A model generated the notes under the pieces. That model was not told where the DNA came from, did no database searches, and saw only the letters and a program-made list of their open reading frames with translations. Positions 63,882-64,000 of a stretch of DNA of 64,000 nt are shown one piece after another. The stretch's first letter is position 1. The number at the start of each line of letters is the position of its first letter. The stretch comes from a virus, in IMG/VR virus record IMGVR_UViG_3300043418_000120, positions 32,001 through 96,000 of that record. One strand, written 5' to 3'. The position numbers and the translations under genes were made by a program.

Positions 63882-64000
63882 ATGGCATCTAAAAAGATTT
63901 CAGAACTAAACTCAGCGGCAACGTTGACTGGTGCTGAACGATTTTTGATTGTCCAGTCAGGCGATAACCGTCAACTAACACTTGACAGCTTGCTAGCTGG
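63882..64000 (+). CDS. probable tail/fibre-associated protein (3' truncated)
   Basis: MASKKISELNSAATLTGAE..IVQSG; ATAAATA at 63850 and GAGG SD. Confidence 0.65.
   Translation, partial: MASKKISELNSAATLTGAERFLIVQSGDNRQLTLDSLLA

Overview
This window is part of a T4-superfamily (T4-like myovirus) phage genome, coded almost entirely on the + strand. Core genes: the C-terminus of gp55, gp47/gp46, gp45-gp44-gp62-regA, a small heat-shock protein, a DexA-like exonuclease, gp43, uvsX and gp41, with internal-head and structural genes at the right end. Between them lie about 35 kb of accessory genes. These include Acb1, an NAD salvage pair (NadM-Nudix and NAMPT), a DRB0094-type RNA ligase, a SpoT/Mesh1-like HD hydrolase, CobS/CobT-like proteins, 2OG oxygenases and Dps. 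Four signals stand out. (1) About 19 copies of a palindrome CC(C/T)TAC-N5-GTA(G/A)GG sit fused to sigma70-type promoters. In 9.7-18.4 kb they delimit an array of small-gene cassettes whose repeats are mosaics of each other (PeSL-like shuffling, with an operator-like fixed 5-bp spacer). (2) A JBP/TET-like dioxygenase and a glycosyltransferase follow gp41, and the glycosyltransferase ends in a clamp-binding-like tail. A putative PD-(D/E)xK nuclease lies downstream. (3) CCGG is almost absent: I found one site by manual reading. (4) A late cluster of proteins carries T4 capsid-targeting-like N-termini, including nucleotidyltransferases and a protease-site-punctuated polyprotein. No tRNA, rRNA, CRISPR array, intron or intein was recognised. 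All calls come from motif recognition by eye; no database searches were run.
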